Both the position numbers and the translations under genes were made by a program. From positions 64,001 through 128,000 of the forward strand of contig JASLXV010000038.1 of NCBI GenBank assembly GCA_030740155.1: a stretch of 64,000 nt of DNA. The letters run 5' to 3'. The stretch is from Dehalococcoidia bacterium. Lineage in GTDB: Bacteria > Chloroflexota > Dehalococcoidia > Lucifugimonadales > UBA3495. Position 1 is the first letter of the stretch. Each line of letters opens with the position of its first letter. The notes beneath the pieces were generated by a model. It worked only from the letters and a program-made list of their open reading frames with translations, had not been told where the DNA came from and searched no databases. Below are positions 19,242 through 28,034 of this stretch, in pieces.

Positions 19242-19569
19242 AGCGGGCGACATCGTCCTGGTTCCCCACCCCTTGGGCGATAGCGCCGGGGGTAGGAAGC
19301 GTCCCGTCCTGGTGCTGAGCCCCTCGGAATTCAACCAGGCCGCCGGCGAGATGGTCATCGCCCAGATAACCAGCCGGCCGCCGGCCACCGCCCGGCCCGG
19401 AGACTACCGCATCGAGGGCTGGGAGGAGGCCAACCTGCCCAGTCCCGCCATTGTTCGCGCCCGCCTGGCGACCGTAAAGACCTCCCAGGTCTTGCTCCGG
19501 CTGGGAAGCCTGAGCGAAGCCGAGTTCCAGGGCGCCCGGAACGCGCTGAGCGCGGCGATTTCGGGCTAA
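19228..19569 (+). CDS. PemK/MazF-family endoribonuclease toxin
   Basis: ATG 19228: GDIVLVPHP...RKRPVLVLS...AQITS...L..PAIVR. Confidence 0.88.
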   Translation: MTSYEAGDIVLVPHPLGDSAGGRKRPVLVLSPSEFNQAAGEMVIAQITSRPPATARPGDYRIEGWEEANLPSPAIVRARLATVKTSQVLLRLGSLSEAEFQGARNALSAAISG

Positions 19570-19738
19570 CGAGTTTGTGGCCTCCGCCAACTGATCCGCC
19601 TTACGATGCGCGGGTTGGAAACGGTCGCTGTCATAGTGCTTGCTCCATCCTCACCATGACGTTGTGGGCGCTCGCGGCCCTGCTCCTGGGCCACATTGAC
19701 CTCATTCGCTGCACTGTCTGACGGGGACTACGGTGGCA

Positions 19739-20296
19739 CTAGGAGCCAATTGCCTTTAGCAAGAACCCTAGCACGAATCCAATTAAAGCTGTTGCCAACG
19801 GCACAACTAACCTCACGACCGTTCCACTTGCTTCTTTGACCTCAAACATGTACGCCGCCTGGTACGGTGGCCCGATTTGCAATTGTGCTCTGCCGGGCCG
19901 CTCTAGATAGAACGGCTTAGTCAGGTAGACTTGAGGCTTTTGGTCGAATGCCGTCCCCTCGATATCTAGCTTCAAATCGTCCCCGCTCCCTATTGGCTCA
20001 CTCTCGAGTTCCAGCACAATATCTTCGGTCCAATCTAACCGAACAGGCTTGGCGCCCACATCACAGTCTCCCGCCCATTTCTCCAACCCCAGGTAGCGCA
20101 CGGCTAAACGGAACCTTACCGGCTTTCCTAGATCGTATGTGAGATGTGGGCCAAAATACGGAATGCGTGTTAATATCCTTGCTGGCCGAGTCTTCACAAG
20201 GAAACAGTGACCAGAGGCCGTTCTTATTACAACATCGTGTGAGCCAGCCATATATCTATCCTCCAAGATGATGCCGCTCATACTAACGCACCACAC
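19739..20296 (-). CDS. Hypothetical protein with C-terminal TM anchor
   Basis: 185-aa ORF in a lower-GC segment; hydrophobic end LVVPLATALIGFVLGFLL. Confidence 0.5.
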   Translation of the reverse strand: MWCVSMSGIILEDRYMAGSHDVVIRTASGHCFLVKTRPARILTRIPYFGPHLTYDLGKPVRFRLAVRYLGLEKWAGDCDVGAKPVRLDWTEDIVLELESEPIGSGDDLKLDIEGTAFDQKPQVYLTKPFYLERPGRAQLQIGPPYQAAYMFEVKEASGTVVRLVVPLATALIGFVLGFLLKAIGS

Positions 20297-20575
20297 TTGA
20301 AAGTTGAAGCAAAGAGAGAGGCAACTCTATGCGACCAGTTCGGCGTGTCCTGGCAGGCATGGCGGCCCTCGCGATCATCCCCGCGACGCTATGCCTTGTA
20401 TTGGGTACGCGGGTTCTTTTTCGGCTTAGGTCCTTTTGGTTGGCCCCTTGGCATTGCGTTTTCTCTCTTGCTGGCTGTTGCTGGGTTGGCTACCATGTTT
20501 CTCATACTATGGACTCCAATTGTGTTGCTGGGTAACGGGATGGAGTGGTGGAGTCGCTTTCGGGGGCACCGGTAG
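20297..20575 (+). CDS. Hypothetical membrane protein or fragment
   Basis: Hydrophobic 92-aa ORF in a lower-GC segment; no family recognised. Confidence 0.3.
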   Translation: MKVEAKREATLCDQFGVSWQAWRPSRSSPRRYALYWVRGFFFGLGPFGWPLGIAFSLLLAVAGLATMFLILWTPIVLLGNGMEWWSRFRGHR

Positions 20576-20717
20576 TTTCGCAACAAACTCCTGCAAGAAA
20601 GGGTCCCCCCGCCCGTTCCCCTAGCACCCCGCCACCGGGCGTGGCCTTCGCCCCTAGGCCGTGGTAAACTCCCCTAAGCTATCGGCGGCAGGAACGCCGC
20701 AGGCGTGGGAGCGAGCG

Positions 20718-21503
20718 ATGCCTGGAAACCTGGTCTCGGCCACCTTGCGCGGCGGGCTGTTCACCCGAGTGGTAGGCAAGCGGCTCTTGTTTTTCCAAGA
20801 AATAGGCTCCACCATGGACGAGGCTGGCCGCGAGGCGGAAGCGGGGGCCGATGAAGGCACGGTGGTGGTGGCGGAGAGCCAGACGGCGGGGCGAGGCCGG
20901 TTGGGACGAAACTGGGTGTCCCGCGAAGGCAACCTGTACCTGTCGGTTGTGTTCCGGCCCACCATGCAGGCCCTGCCGCTGCTGAGCATCCTGGCCGGGG
21001 TGGCCGTGACACGGGCCATCCGGAAGACGACAGGCCTGGACCCGCGTATAAAATGGCCCAACGACGTGCTGATTGATGGAAAGAAGGTCGCTGGCATCCT
21101 GGCGGAGAGCGTCGTGACCGGCAACACCGTCTCCCACGCCGTGGTGGGCATCGGGATCAACGTCGGGCTGGATACCGATGCCGTGGAGGACATCGCCAGT
21201 TTCGCCACCGGCCTGAACGTCGTGGCCGAGCGGCCGGTCCCCCGCGAGGACGTTCTGCGGCAGCTGTTGCACGACCTGGACGCCCTGTACCTCGGTGTGG
21301 GTCAGGGCGGTTCGCCGATGGGGGAATGGCGGGCCCTGCTGGAGACCTTGGGCCAACGGGTGCAGGCTCACTGGCGAGGGGACTCCTGCGTAGGCCTTGC
21401 GGAGGACGTGGATGAGTTGGGTAACCTTCAGCTTCGCCTGGAAGACGGCCGGCTGGTTACCCTGAGCGCCGGGGATGTCACCCTGCGCGGCCCTGAGCCT
21501 TAA
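20718..21503 (+). CDS. birA: Biotin--[acetyl-CoA-carboxylase] ligase (no HTH domain)
   Basis: STMD, QTAGRGRLGRNW, IKWPNDV, KKVAGILAE, GIGINV. Confidence 0.95.
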   Translation: MPGNLVSATLRGGLFTRVVGKRLLFFQEIGSTMDEAGREAEAGADEGTVVVAESQTAGRGRLGRNWVSREGNLYLSVVFRPTMQALPLLSILAGVAVTRAIRKTTGLDPRIKWPNDVLIDGKKVAGILAESVVTGNTVSHAVVGIGINVGLDTDAVEDIASFATGLNVVAERPVPREDVLRQLLHDLDALYLGVGQGGSPMGEWRALLETLGQRVQAHWRGDSCVGLAEDVDELGNLQLRLEDGRLVTLSAGDVTLRGPEP

Positions 21504-21623
21504 AGGGTCCGGCACCAAGAAGATTGAATAACCTTACCGCATTGGCAGTTCTCCCCGGCAACTGGGCCGCAGAGGCTGCGATCGCTTCGCGGGCAACCCG
21601 CGGGCCGTGGCAACGGGGGTCGT

Positions 21624-22433
21624 ATGCTGGAAAAACTTAGCATGGATGACAAGGTCGTGGTGGTCACCGGCGGCGGGACCGGTATCGGGCTGGCCATGGT
21701 GCGCCACCTGGCCCGGGCGGGTGCCCACGTGTCTATCGGCGGGCGCAGGTCCGGCCCGATAGAAGACGCGGCCGCCGAAGTGAAGGCCCTGGGCCGGGAC
21801 GCCCTGGCCATCTCCACGGACGTCTCCGACTCCAGCCAGGTGGACCGGTTGATCAATACCACCCTGGAACACTTCGGCCACATCGATGTGATGATCAACA
21901 ATGCGGGCGCGGTCCAGGACAACGTGCGCAAAGCTATCTGGGACCACCGCGACAAAGACTGGCATCGCGTCATGGACGTGAACCTGAGCGGCGCCTTCTA
22001 CTGCTCGCGGGCCGTGTCCCGCCCCATGGCGGACCGGGGGAAAGGCAAGATCATCAACATCGCTTCTTCCTACGGCATGCGGGGCGGGCGAGACATCTAC
22101 ATGTATTGCTGCAGCAAGGGTGGCATGGTCCAGCTTACCCGGGTGCTGGCGTTCAACCTGGCCCGCTACGGCATAACCGCCAACAGCATATCTCCCGGAT
22201 ATATCCCTACCGTGATCGAGTACACCGATATGCGGTCGACCGCGCCCCCATCCGCGGATTGGCTGCCCACCGGCAAGATGTCCCGGCCGGAGGATATCGG
22301 GCCCATAGCGGTGTTCTTGGCGTCCGAGGCCTCCGACTACATGACGGGTGAAATGATCATCGTCGACGGCGGCTGCATGACCGCCGGCGTGATCCCCACC
22401 GGCCATGCGCCGCTAGTTCCCCTGGAAGACTGA
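21624..22433 (+). CDS. Short-chain dehydrogenase/reductase (SDR)
   Basis: TGGGTGIG, NNAG, YCCSKGG. Confidence 0.93.
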   Translation: MLEKLSMDDKVVVVTGGGTGIGLAMVRHLARAGAHVSIGGRRSGPIEDAAAEVKALGRDALAISTDVSDSSQVDRLINTTLEHFGHIDVMINNAGAVQDNVRKAIWDHRDKDWHRVMDVNLSGAFYCSRAVSRPMADRGKGKIINIASSYGMRGGRDIYMYCCSKGGMVQLTRVLAFNLARYGITANSISPGYIPTVIEYTDMRSTAPPSADWLPTGKMSRPEDIGPIAVFLASEASDYMTGEMIIVDGGCMTAGVIPTGHAPLVPLED

Positions 22434-22491
22434 CGGCTGATTGCTGATTGCTATTTGAGACACGTCCCCAAGTCAAAACTACGAGGAATGA

Positions 22492-23301
22492 ATGCTAGAG
22501 GCTCTTAGCTTGGAAGGCAAGGTGGTGGCCATCACCGGGGGAGGAACCGGTTTAGGCCGGGCGATGGTTCGCGCCCTGGCCCGGGCGGGCGCCTCCCTTT
22601 GTGTCGCCGGGCGCCGCCTCGCTCCCATCGAGGACGCGGCCACCGAGGTGACCAAGCTGGGCGGAGCAGCCATCGCCGTGTCCACGGACGTTACCGACCC
22701 GGGCCAGGTGGATCAGCTGATCTCCACCGCCGTGGACCACTTCGGCCACATCGACGTCATGATCAACAATGCCGGCGCGGTTCAAGACAATGTGCGCAAA
22801 CCCATCTGGGACCACACCGATGAAGACTGGCACCGGGTGATGGACGTGAACCTGACCGGGGCCTTCTTCGGCGCAAGGGCCGCGTCCCGGCCCATGGCAG
22901 ACCAGGGTTGGGGCAAGATCATCAATGTCGCCTCCGGGTTTGGGTTGCGGGGTGGTCGAGAGATCTACATGTATTGCTGCAGCAAGGGCGGCATGATCCA
23001 GCTTACCCGGGTGCTGGCCTTCAGCCTGGCCCGCCACGGCGTCACGGCCAACAGCATCGTGCCCGGCTTTATTCCCACCACGGGCACCGATTCGGACATA
23101 CGGGCGTCCATGCCCCGGTCCGGGGACTATCTGCCCATCGGCAAGTTGGGCCTGCCGGAAGAACTGGGACCTATAGCGGTGTTCCTGGCGTCCGCCGCTT
23201 CCGACTACATGACGGGTGAGATGATCATTTCCGACGGCGGCGGTCTGGCGGCGGGGATTATTCCCGCCGGCCATGCACCGGCCGTCCCGTTGGAACCATA
23301 A
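22492..23301 (+). CDS. SDR, tandem paralog of 21624-22433
   Basis: TGGGTGLG, NNAG, YCCSKGG; long stretches identical to the upstream gene. Confidence 0.93.
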   Translation: MLEALSLEGKVVAITGGGTGLGRAMVRALARAGASLCVAGRRLAPIEDAATEVTKLGGAAIAVSTDVTDPGQVDQLISTAVDHFGHIDVMINNAGAVQDNVRKPIWDHTDEDWHRVMDVNLTGAFFGARAASRPMADQGWGKIINVASGFGLRGGREIYMYCCSKGGMIQLTRVLAFSLARHGVTANSIVPGFIPTTGTDSDIRASMPRSGDYLPIGKLGLPEELGPIAVFLASAASDYMTGEMIISDGGGLAAGIIPAGHAPAVPLEP

Positions 23302-23401
23302 TTCGAGCAATCAGCATTCAGCGATCGGCAGTCAGCCAGAAAACCGGGGGGTTGAGCGCTGATGGCTGAATCCTGACGGCTGACCGCTGCTGGAGGTAGC
23401 C

Positions 23402-24169
23402 ATGCCAATACTTGAAGAATATAGCCTCTCCGGCCGAGTGGCGATCCTTTCCACCGCCGGGGGCGACCAGGCTCCCATCTTGGCCCAGGCTCTGGCGGAG
23501 GCCGGGGCGTCGGTCTTTACCGTGGCCCGTCGTCAGCACCTGCTGGACCCGGTGCTGGCGGCTCTGGCAGGCTCGCCGGGAGACCACGGCGGGGTGGCAG
23601 CCGACATCGGCGCTGGAGACCCGGCGGAACTCGCCCGCGTCATGGAGGCCTTCGACGGCCGCCACGGCCAGGTGGACATACTGGTTAACGATGGCCGGAG
23701 CATGTTCGCCAAGCCGTTCAACGAGATTTCCCTGGAGGAATGGGACGCTGTGCAATCGCGCAACCTCCGGGCCGCATTTCTCCTCTGCCAGGCAGTGGGA
23801 CAGCGGATGCGGGACCGGAAGTACGGACGGATCGTGAATCTGGTGTCCGTGCTGGCCGAGAGGGGCATGATCAACGGGTCCGCTTTCTCTGTGAGCCAGG
23901 CCTCCCTCCTCGCGCTGACCCGCTCCCTTGCGATCGAATGGGGCAAGGACAATATCCGGTGCAACGCCCTTGGCTCCGGCTGGTTCATCACGGAGGACAT
24001 CCCACTCGAGGAGCAGCAGAAAGAGTTGCTGGTCCGCTACACTCCCTTGCGCCGCAAGGGCCATCCACGGGACATCGCTCCCCTGTTGGTCTACATGTGC
24101 TCGGAATCCTGTGACTACGCCACCGGCCAGCCCGTCTACGTCGACGGCGGCCTCAACGCCCATCCGTAG
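23402..24169 (+). CDS. Atypical SDR-fold protein with degenerate catalytic motifs
   Basis: SDR fold (LTRSLAIEWG..IRCNAL, YATGQPVYVDGG), but STAGGDQAP and AFSVSQ replace TGxxxGxG and YxxxK. Confidence 0.85.
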   Translation: MPILEEYSLSGRVAILSTAGGDQAPILAQALAEAGASVFTVARRQHLLDPVLAALAGSPGDHGGVAADIGAGDPAELARVMEAFDGRHGQVDILVNDGRSMFAKPFNEISLEEWDAVQSRNLRAAFLLCQAVGQRMRDRKYGRIVNLVSVLAERGMINGSAFSVSQASLLALTRSLAIEWGKDNIRCNALGSGWFITEDIPLEEQQKELLVRYTPLRRKGHPRDIAPLLVYMCSESCDYATGQPVYVDGGLNAHP

Positions 24170-24335
24170 TCTACCGGCCGGGGAACTGCCAGGCGCTCCA
24201 TTCACTAACTGACCGGGCTTCGACGTGCCCGCAGTTTCACCGGTCCGTTTGTTAATCTCTGTGCCTCCGTGGCAAACCCGATCCCCACTCTGAGTTTCCG
24301 CCCGTCGAAACTGGCCCCGGCCGAGGGCGTTTCTG

Positions 24336-24364
24336 TTGAACCTGCAAAGGGGCTGATGTACAAT
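24336..24364 (+). promoter_or_regulatory. Putative his operon promoter
   Basis: TTGAAC-17 nt-TACAAT upstream of hisZ. Confidence 0.55.
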
Positions 24365-24407
24365 ATCCGCCTATTAAATCGATATGTTTGGTAAATCCGG
24401 CGGACCG

Positions 24408-25838
24408 ATGAGAACCGTATCCCGGCTCCAAGGCATGCGTGACCTCGCTCAGGAGTCGTGGCACCTCAGGCGAGACCTCCAGGACCGGTTGATGGCGCTG
24501 TTCAGCAGCTTCGGATACGGCTGCCTGGAGACGCCCGTTTTGGAAGCCACCGAGCTGTTCCTGCGCAAATCTGGCGGCGAGCTGGCTTCGCGCCTCTACA
24601 GCTTCACCGACTCGGGCGGCGCTCAGGTGAGCCTCCGACCCGAGTTCACCTCATCCATCCTGCGCCACTATCTTGAGAACTCCGGCGATATCGAGCTGCC
24701 GGCCCGCTGGCAATACGCCGGGCCGGTGTTCCGCTACGAGGTCTCCCACCCGGAGACCAGCGGCCAGTTCACCCAGGTCGGGGCCGAGCTGGTTGGCGCG
24801 CCAAGCATGATGGCCGATGTCGAGGTGTTGGGCCTGGCGGCCCTGGTGCCGGAGAAGCTGGGGATATCGGGCTGGCGGCTGGAGCTGGCGGACCTGGATG
24901 TGCTCAACAGCGTGCTCGACGCGGTCGGTGTTTCAGAGCGGGCTAAAACCTTTATCGTTGCCAGCGTGCCCCGCCTCAAGGAGGGCGGAGACGCGACGGC
25001 GCGGGTGCTGGAAGAGGCGCACCGGCTGCGCTTGACCGGCCGGGGCGGGCCGGACGATTACCTGGGGCAAGCCATCGACGGTCTGGATGACGGCCGGGCA
25101 ACGGTGGTCCTCCATGGCCTGTTGCAGTGGAGCGCCGCCGGTCAGTTGGGGCAGCGGAACGCCGGCGAGGTGGTGGACCGGCTGCTGCGCAAGCTTCGGG
25201 GCGGAGACGACGAGAACAGCCTGCGACGCGGCCTGGAGCTGGCTCGCGATCTGGCGATGGTGGGGGGTGAGCCCAGGGCTGTCCTGGAGGCCGCCGGCGC
25301 CGTGGTCCGGGCGGCCGGGGCCGACAGCACCGCGTTTGGCCGGCTGTCCGACTATCTGGACCTGCTCCTGGCTGAGGAAGGAATCGCCAGCCACCTGGTC
25401 CTGGATTTCGGGCTGGTGCGCGGCTTGGCGTACTATAATGGAATTGTGTTCGAGGTGAAGCACCCGGATTGGCCCGGCGCCCTTGGGGGTGGCGGCCGGT
25501 ACGACGGTCTGGCCCGTGCCCTGGGAAGCGAGGGACCCCTCCCGGCGTTGGGCTTCGCCTACAACCTCGACGCTTTGCTGGCCCTGACCCGCGAGACCGG
25601 CGGCGGTTCAAGTTGGTCGCCGGAGATCCCCGATGCCCTGGTTTTGGCCGCCGGCCCGGGCAGCTACCCGGAGGCCCTCCGGGCGACCGTGGACCTTCGG
25701 CGGCAAGGGCTCCGGGTCGAGCTGGAGGTTACCCGGCGGGAGCTGGAGCAGGCCATCTCCTACGCCGCCAAGAAGGGGATCAAGCAGGTGGTGGTGGTAC
25801 ACCAGGATGGACGGCGAACGACCCATGCCGCGAAGTAA
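24408..25838 (+). CDS. hisZ: ATP phosphoribosyltransferase regulatory subunit (HisRS paralog)
   Basis: LRPEFTS, GPVFRYE, RGLAYYNG, GGGRYD; lacks HisRS GRYRQ and motif-3 Arg (NLDAL); overlaps hisG. Confidence 0.85.
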   Translation: MRTVSRLQGMRDLAQESWHLRRDLQDRLMALFSSFGYGCLETPVLEATELFLRKSGGELASRLYSFTDSGGAQVSLRPEFTSSILRHYLENSGDIELPARWQYAGPVFRYEVSHPETSGQFTQVGAELVGAPSMMADVEVLGLAALVPEKLGISGWRLELADLDVLNSVLDAVGVSERAKTFIVASVPRLKEGGDATARVLEEAHRLRLTGRGGPDDYLGQAIDGLDDGRATVVLHGLLQWSAAGQLGQRNAGEVVDRLLRKLRGGDDENSLRRGLELARDLAMVGGEPRAVLEAAGAVVRAAGADSTAFGRLSDYLDLLLAEEGIASHLVLDFGLVRGLAYYNGIVFEVKHPDWPGALGGGGRYDGLARALGSEGPLPALGFAYNLDALLALTRETGGGSSWSPEIPDALVLAAGPGSYPEALRATVDLRRQGLRVELEVTRRELEQAISYAAKKGIKQVVVVHQDGRRTTHAAK

Positions 25839-26850
25839 CGGCGGAGGCCCCAAACCAGCCCTGCGGCTGGCCCTGGCCAGCGACGGCGAGCTGCATAAAG
25901 GCACGCTGGATTTTCTGGGGGCTTGCGGCCTGCCGGTGCACCGCCCCAGCTCTCGCCGTTATACCGCCTTGGTTCCGGCCGTTCCCGGAGTAGAGGTGCT
26001 GCTGCAGCGGGCCGCGGACATCACCCAAAAGGTCGAAGAAGGTAGCGCGGAGCTGGGAATTACCGGCATGGACCGGTTCCTGGAGGGACGGGCCGACGAT
26101 GGGCAAGTGATCTCGCTGATCGATGACCTGCACTTCGGGCGCTGCGATCTGGTCCTGGCCGTACCCGACTCCTGGCTGGACGTTACCTCGGTGGCCGACC
26201 TGGCCGATCTGGCCCTGGAGTTTCGCCAGGAAGGGAAGCAGCTTCGCATCACCACCAAGTACCCTCGTATGTTGCGCCGGTACTTGTTCGAGAGGGGCAT
26301 CAACCACTTCACCCTGGTGCCCGCCAGCGGGACGCTCGAGGCTGCTCCTGCCGCGGGATACGCCGACCTGATCGCGGACCTGACCTCCACCGGCACCACC
26401 CTCCGGGAAAACCGGCTGAAAACCTTGGAAGAGGGCACCGTACTGGTTTCTCAGGCCTGCCTTATCGGCAACCCGGCACTGCTCGCCGCGAACCCGGCTG
26501 AACTGGATTTGGCCAGGGCCCTCGTCGAGCCCATGGAGGCGCACCTTCGGGCCAAGTCCTATTACCGTCTGACGGCCAACGTCCGGGGCCAATCCGCCGT
26601 TGAGGTCAGCGCTACAGTTCTGGCCCGGCCCGATCTGGCCGGGCTGCGCGGCCCCACTGTCGCCAGGGTTTATAATGTGGAAGAGCAGGACTGGCACAGT
26701 CTCAGCTTGCTGGTCAAGAAGGAGCTGCTGCTGGATGCCGTGGACCACCTGCGTGACTGCGGGGCCGTGGACATCGCCGCTTCCCAGGTTAACTACCTGT
26801 TTGAAGGGCACTCGGAAGCGTACCGGCTCCTCCTCGATCGCGGCCCTTGA
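25825..26850 (+). CDS. hisG: ATP phosphoribosyltransferase, long form
   Basis: QRAADI, LGITGMD, TKYP, GTLEAAP..GYADLIADLTSTGTTLRENRLK; C-terminal domain GLRGPTV. Confidence 0.93.
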   Translation: MPRSNGGGPKPALRLALASDGELHKGTLDFLGACGLPVHRPSSRRYTALVPAVPGVEVLLQRAADITQKVEEGSAELGITGMDRFLEGRADDGQVISLIDDLHFGRCDLVLAVPDSWLDVTSVADLADLALEFRQEGKQLRITTKYPRMLRRYLFERGINHFTLVPASGTLEAAPAAGYADLIADLTSTGTTLRENRLKTLEEGTVLVSQACLIGNPALLAANPAELDLARALVEPMEAHLRAKSYYRLTANVRGQSAVEVSATVLARPDLAGLRGPTVARVYNVEEQDWHSLSLLVKKELLLDAVDHLRDCGAVDIAASQVNYLFEGHSEAYRLLLDRGP

Positions 26851-26920
26851 CGCCATACCGAGCGGTCAGCGGTAGGTTCGAGCCGGCGCTGACCGCGGAT
26901 AGCTGACTGCTCGAGGTACC

Positions 26921-27697
26921 ATGCCGAACTTACCGACACACCTGTACATGGTCAATCGGCTTGTGGAGCGGCTGGACTGGGGGTGCCTTTCCGGCAACCT
27001 CGGCAGCCTCTACCTGGGGTCCACCGCGCCGGATATGCGGGCAATGACCAAGTGGCCCAGGGAGCGCACCCACTTCGCACCGCTGTCCGTCCGCGAGGTC
27101 GGCACCGGCCCGCGGGAGATGTTCCGGCTTCACCCGGAGTTGGCCGATTACCGGACGCTGTCCAACGCTACCCGGGCCTTCATCCTGGGCTACATCAGCC
27201 ACCTGGTGGCCGACGAAACCTGGATTACTACCATCTACCGCCCAAGCTTCGATCCCCCCGAGGGGAGCGCCATGGCCGCAGGCAACAAGGTGGAGGCTCA
27301 TATCTGGGACCGGGCGTTGCAGCTCGACATGGACCGCCGGGCGCTGCCCCATGTGGGAGGCCATCTCCAGCCCATAGCGGAAATGCCCGCCGATGCGGTG
27401 GGCCGTGACGTGAGCTTCCTCGGTGCGGAGGCGCTGGAGGAATGGAAGGAATGGGTGGGCCGGTTCGTCGTCCGGGAGTTCACCTGGGAACGGTTGAGGC
27501 GGTCGTTGAACCGGATGTACCGGGGTGACGATGAGGTGCAACAGGCGGTGGACGGCTTCCTGGATGAGATGCCCGGCAGCTTGGAACAGGTCTACCAACG
27601 GATACCTCGCGAGAGGATCGACGCCTACCAGCAAAGGGTCCTCGAAGAGACCGTGGTCCAGGTGCAAGAGCATTGGGGCCCGGCCTATCCTGACTAG
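26921..27697 (+). CDS. Zinc-dependent phospholipase C-like family protein
   Basis: MPNLPTH, GSTAPD, THF, GYISHLVADE. Confidence 0.7.
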   Translation: MPNLPTHLYMVNRLVERLDWGCLSGNLGSLYLGSTAPDMRAMTKWPRERTHFAPLSVREVGTGPREMFRLHPELADYRTLSNATRAFILGYISHLVADETWITTIYRPSFDPPEGSAMAAGNKVEAHIWDRALQLDMDRRALPHVGGHLQPIAEMPADAVGRDVSFLGAEALEEWKEWVGRFVVREFTWERLRRSLNRMYRGDDEVQQAVDGFLDEMPGSLEQVYQRIPRERIDAYQQRVLEETVVQVQEHWGPAYPD

Positions 27698-27859
27698 TCT
27701 GCTGTCTCATAAATGGTTTGATACCCTGCCCGTCATCCCGGCGAAGGCCGGGATCCAGCAAAAGCTTCTCTGGATTTCGGCCTTCGCCGGAAAGACGCCG
27801 GTGGTGGGTGTGCCGCATGGTTTCGCAGGTGTAAAGCTGTTTACGAGACTGTACACTAG
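27694..27859. mobile_element. MITE family A copy (166 bp)
   Basis: Ends CTAGTCTGCTGTCTCATAAA / TTTACGAGACTGTACACTAG; internal GTCATCCCGGCGAAGGCCGGGATCCAG palindrome. Confidence 0.8.
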
Positions 27860-28034
27860 AAGCGCGAAATACCTGCACCGGTCACTGGGAGTCATCCGGA
27901 GACGGATGGCGGACCGGTGACGGGCACCTTATTGAGACCCTTGACCCAGCCAGAGTAGTGAGATCGAATCCGGTCTCACTCGGGGCGGCTCGCCGCCTCC
28001 GGACCGGCAATTTGCCAGCCAAAGGATAGAACCA

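Noticed and set aside
24408..25838. Calling this gene hisS
   Set aside because: Motif-2 and motif-3 arginine signatures are degenerate and the gene is coupled to hisG.
27955..27985. tRNA-like fragment (GATCGAATCC)
   Set aside because: Only a simple hairpin; no cloverleaf.
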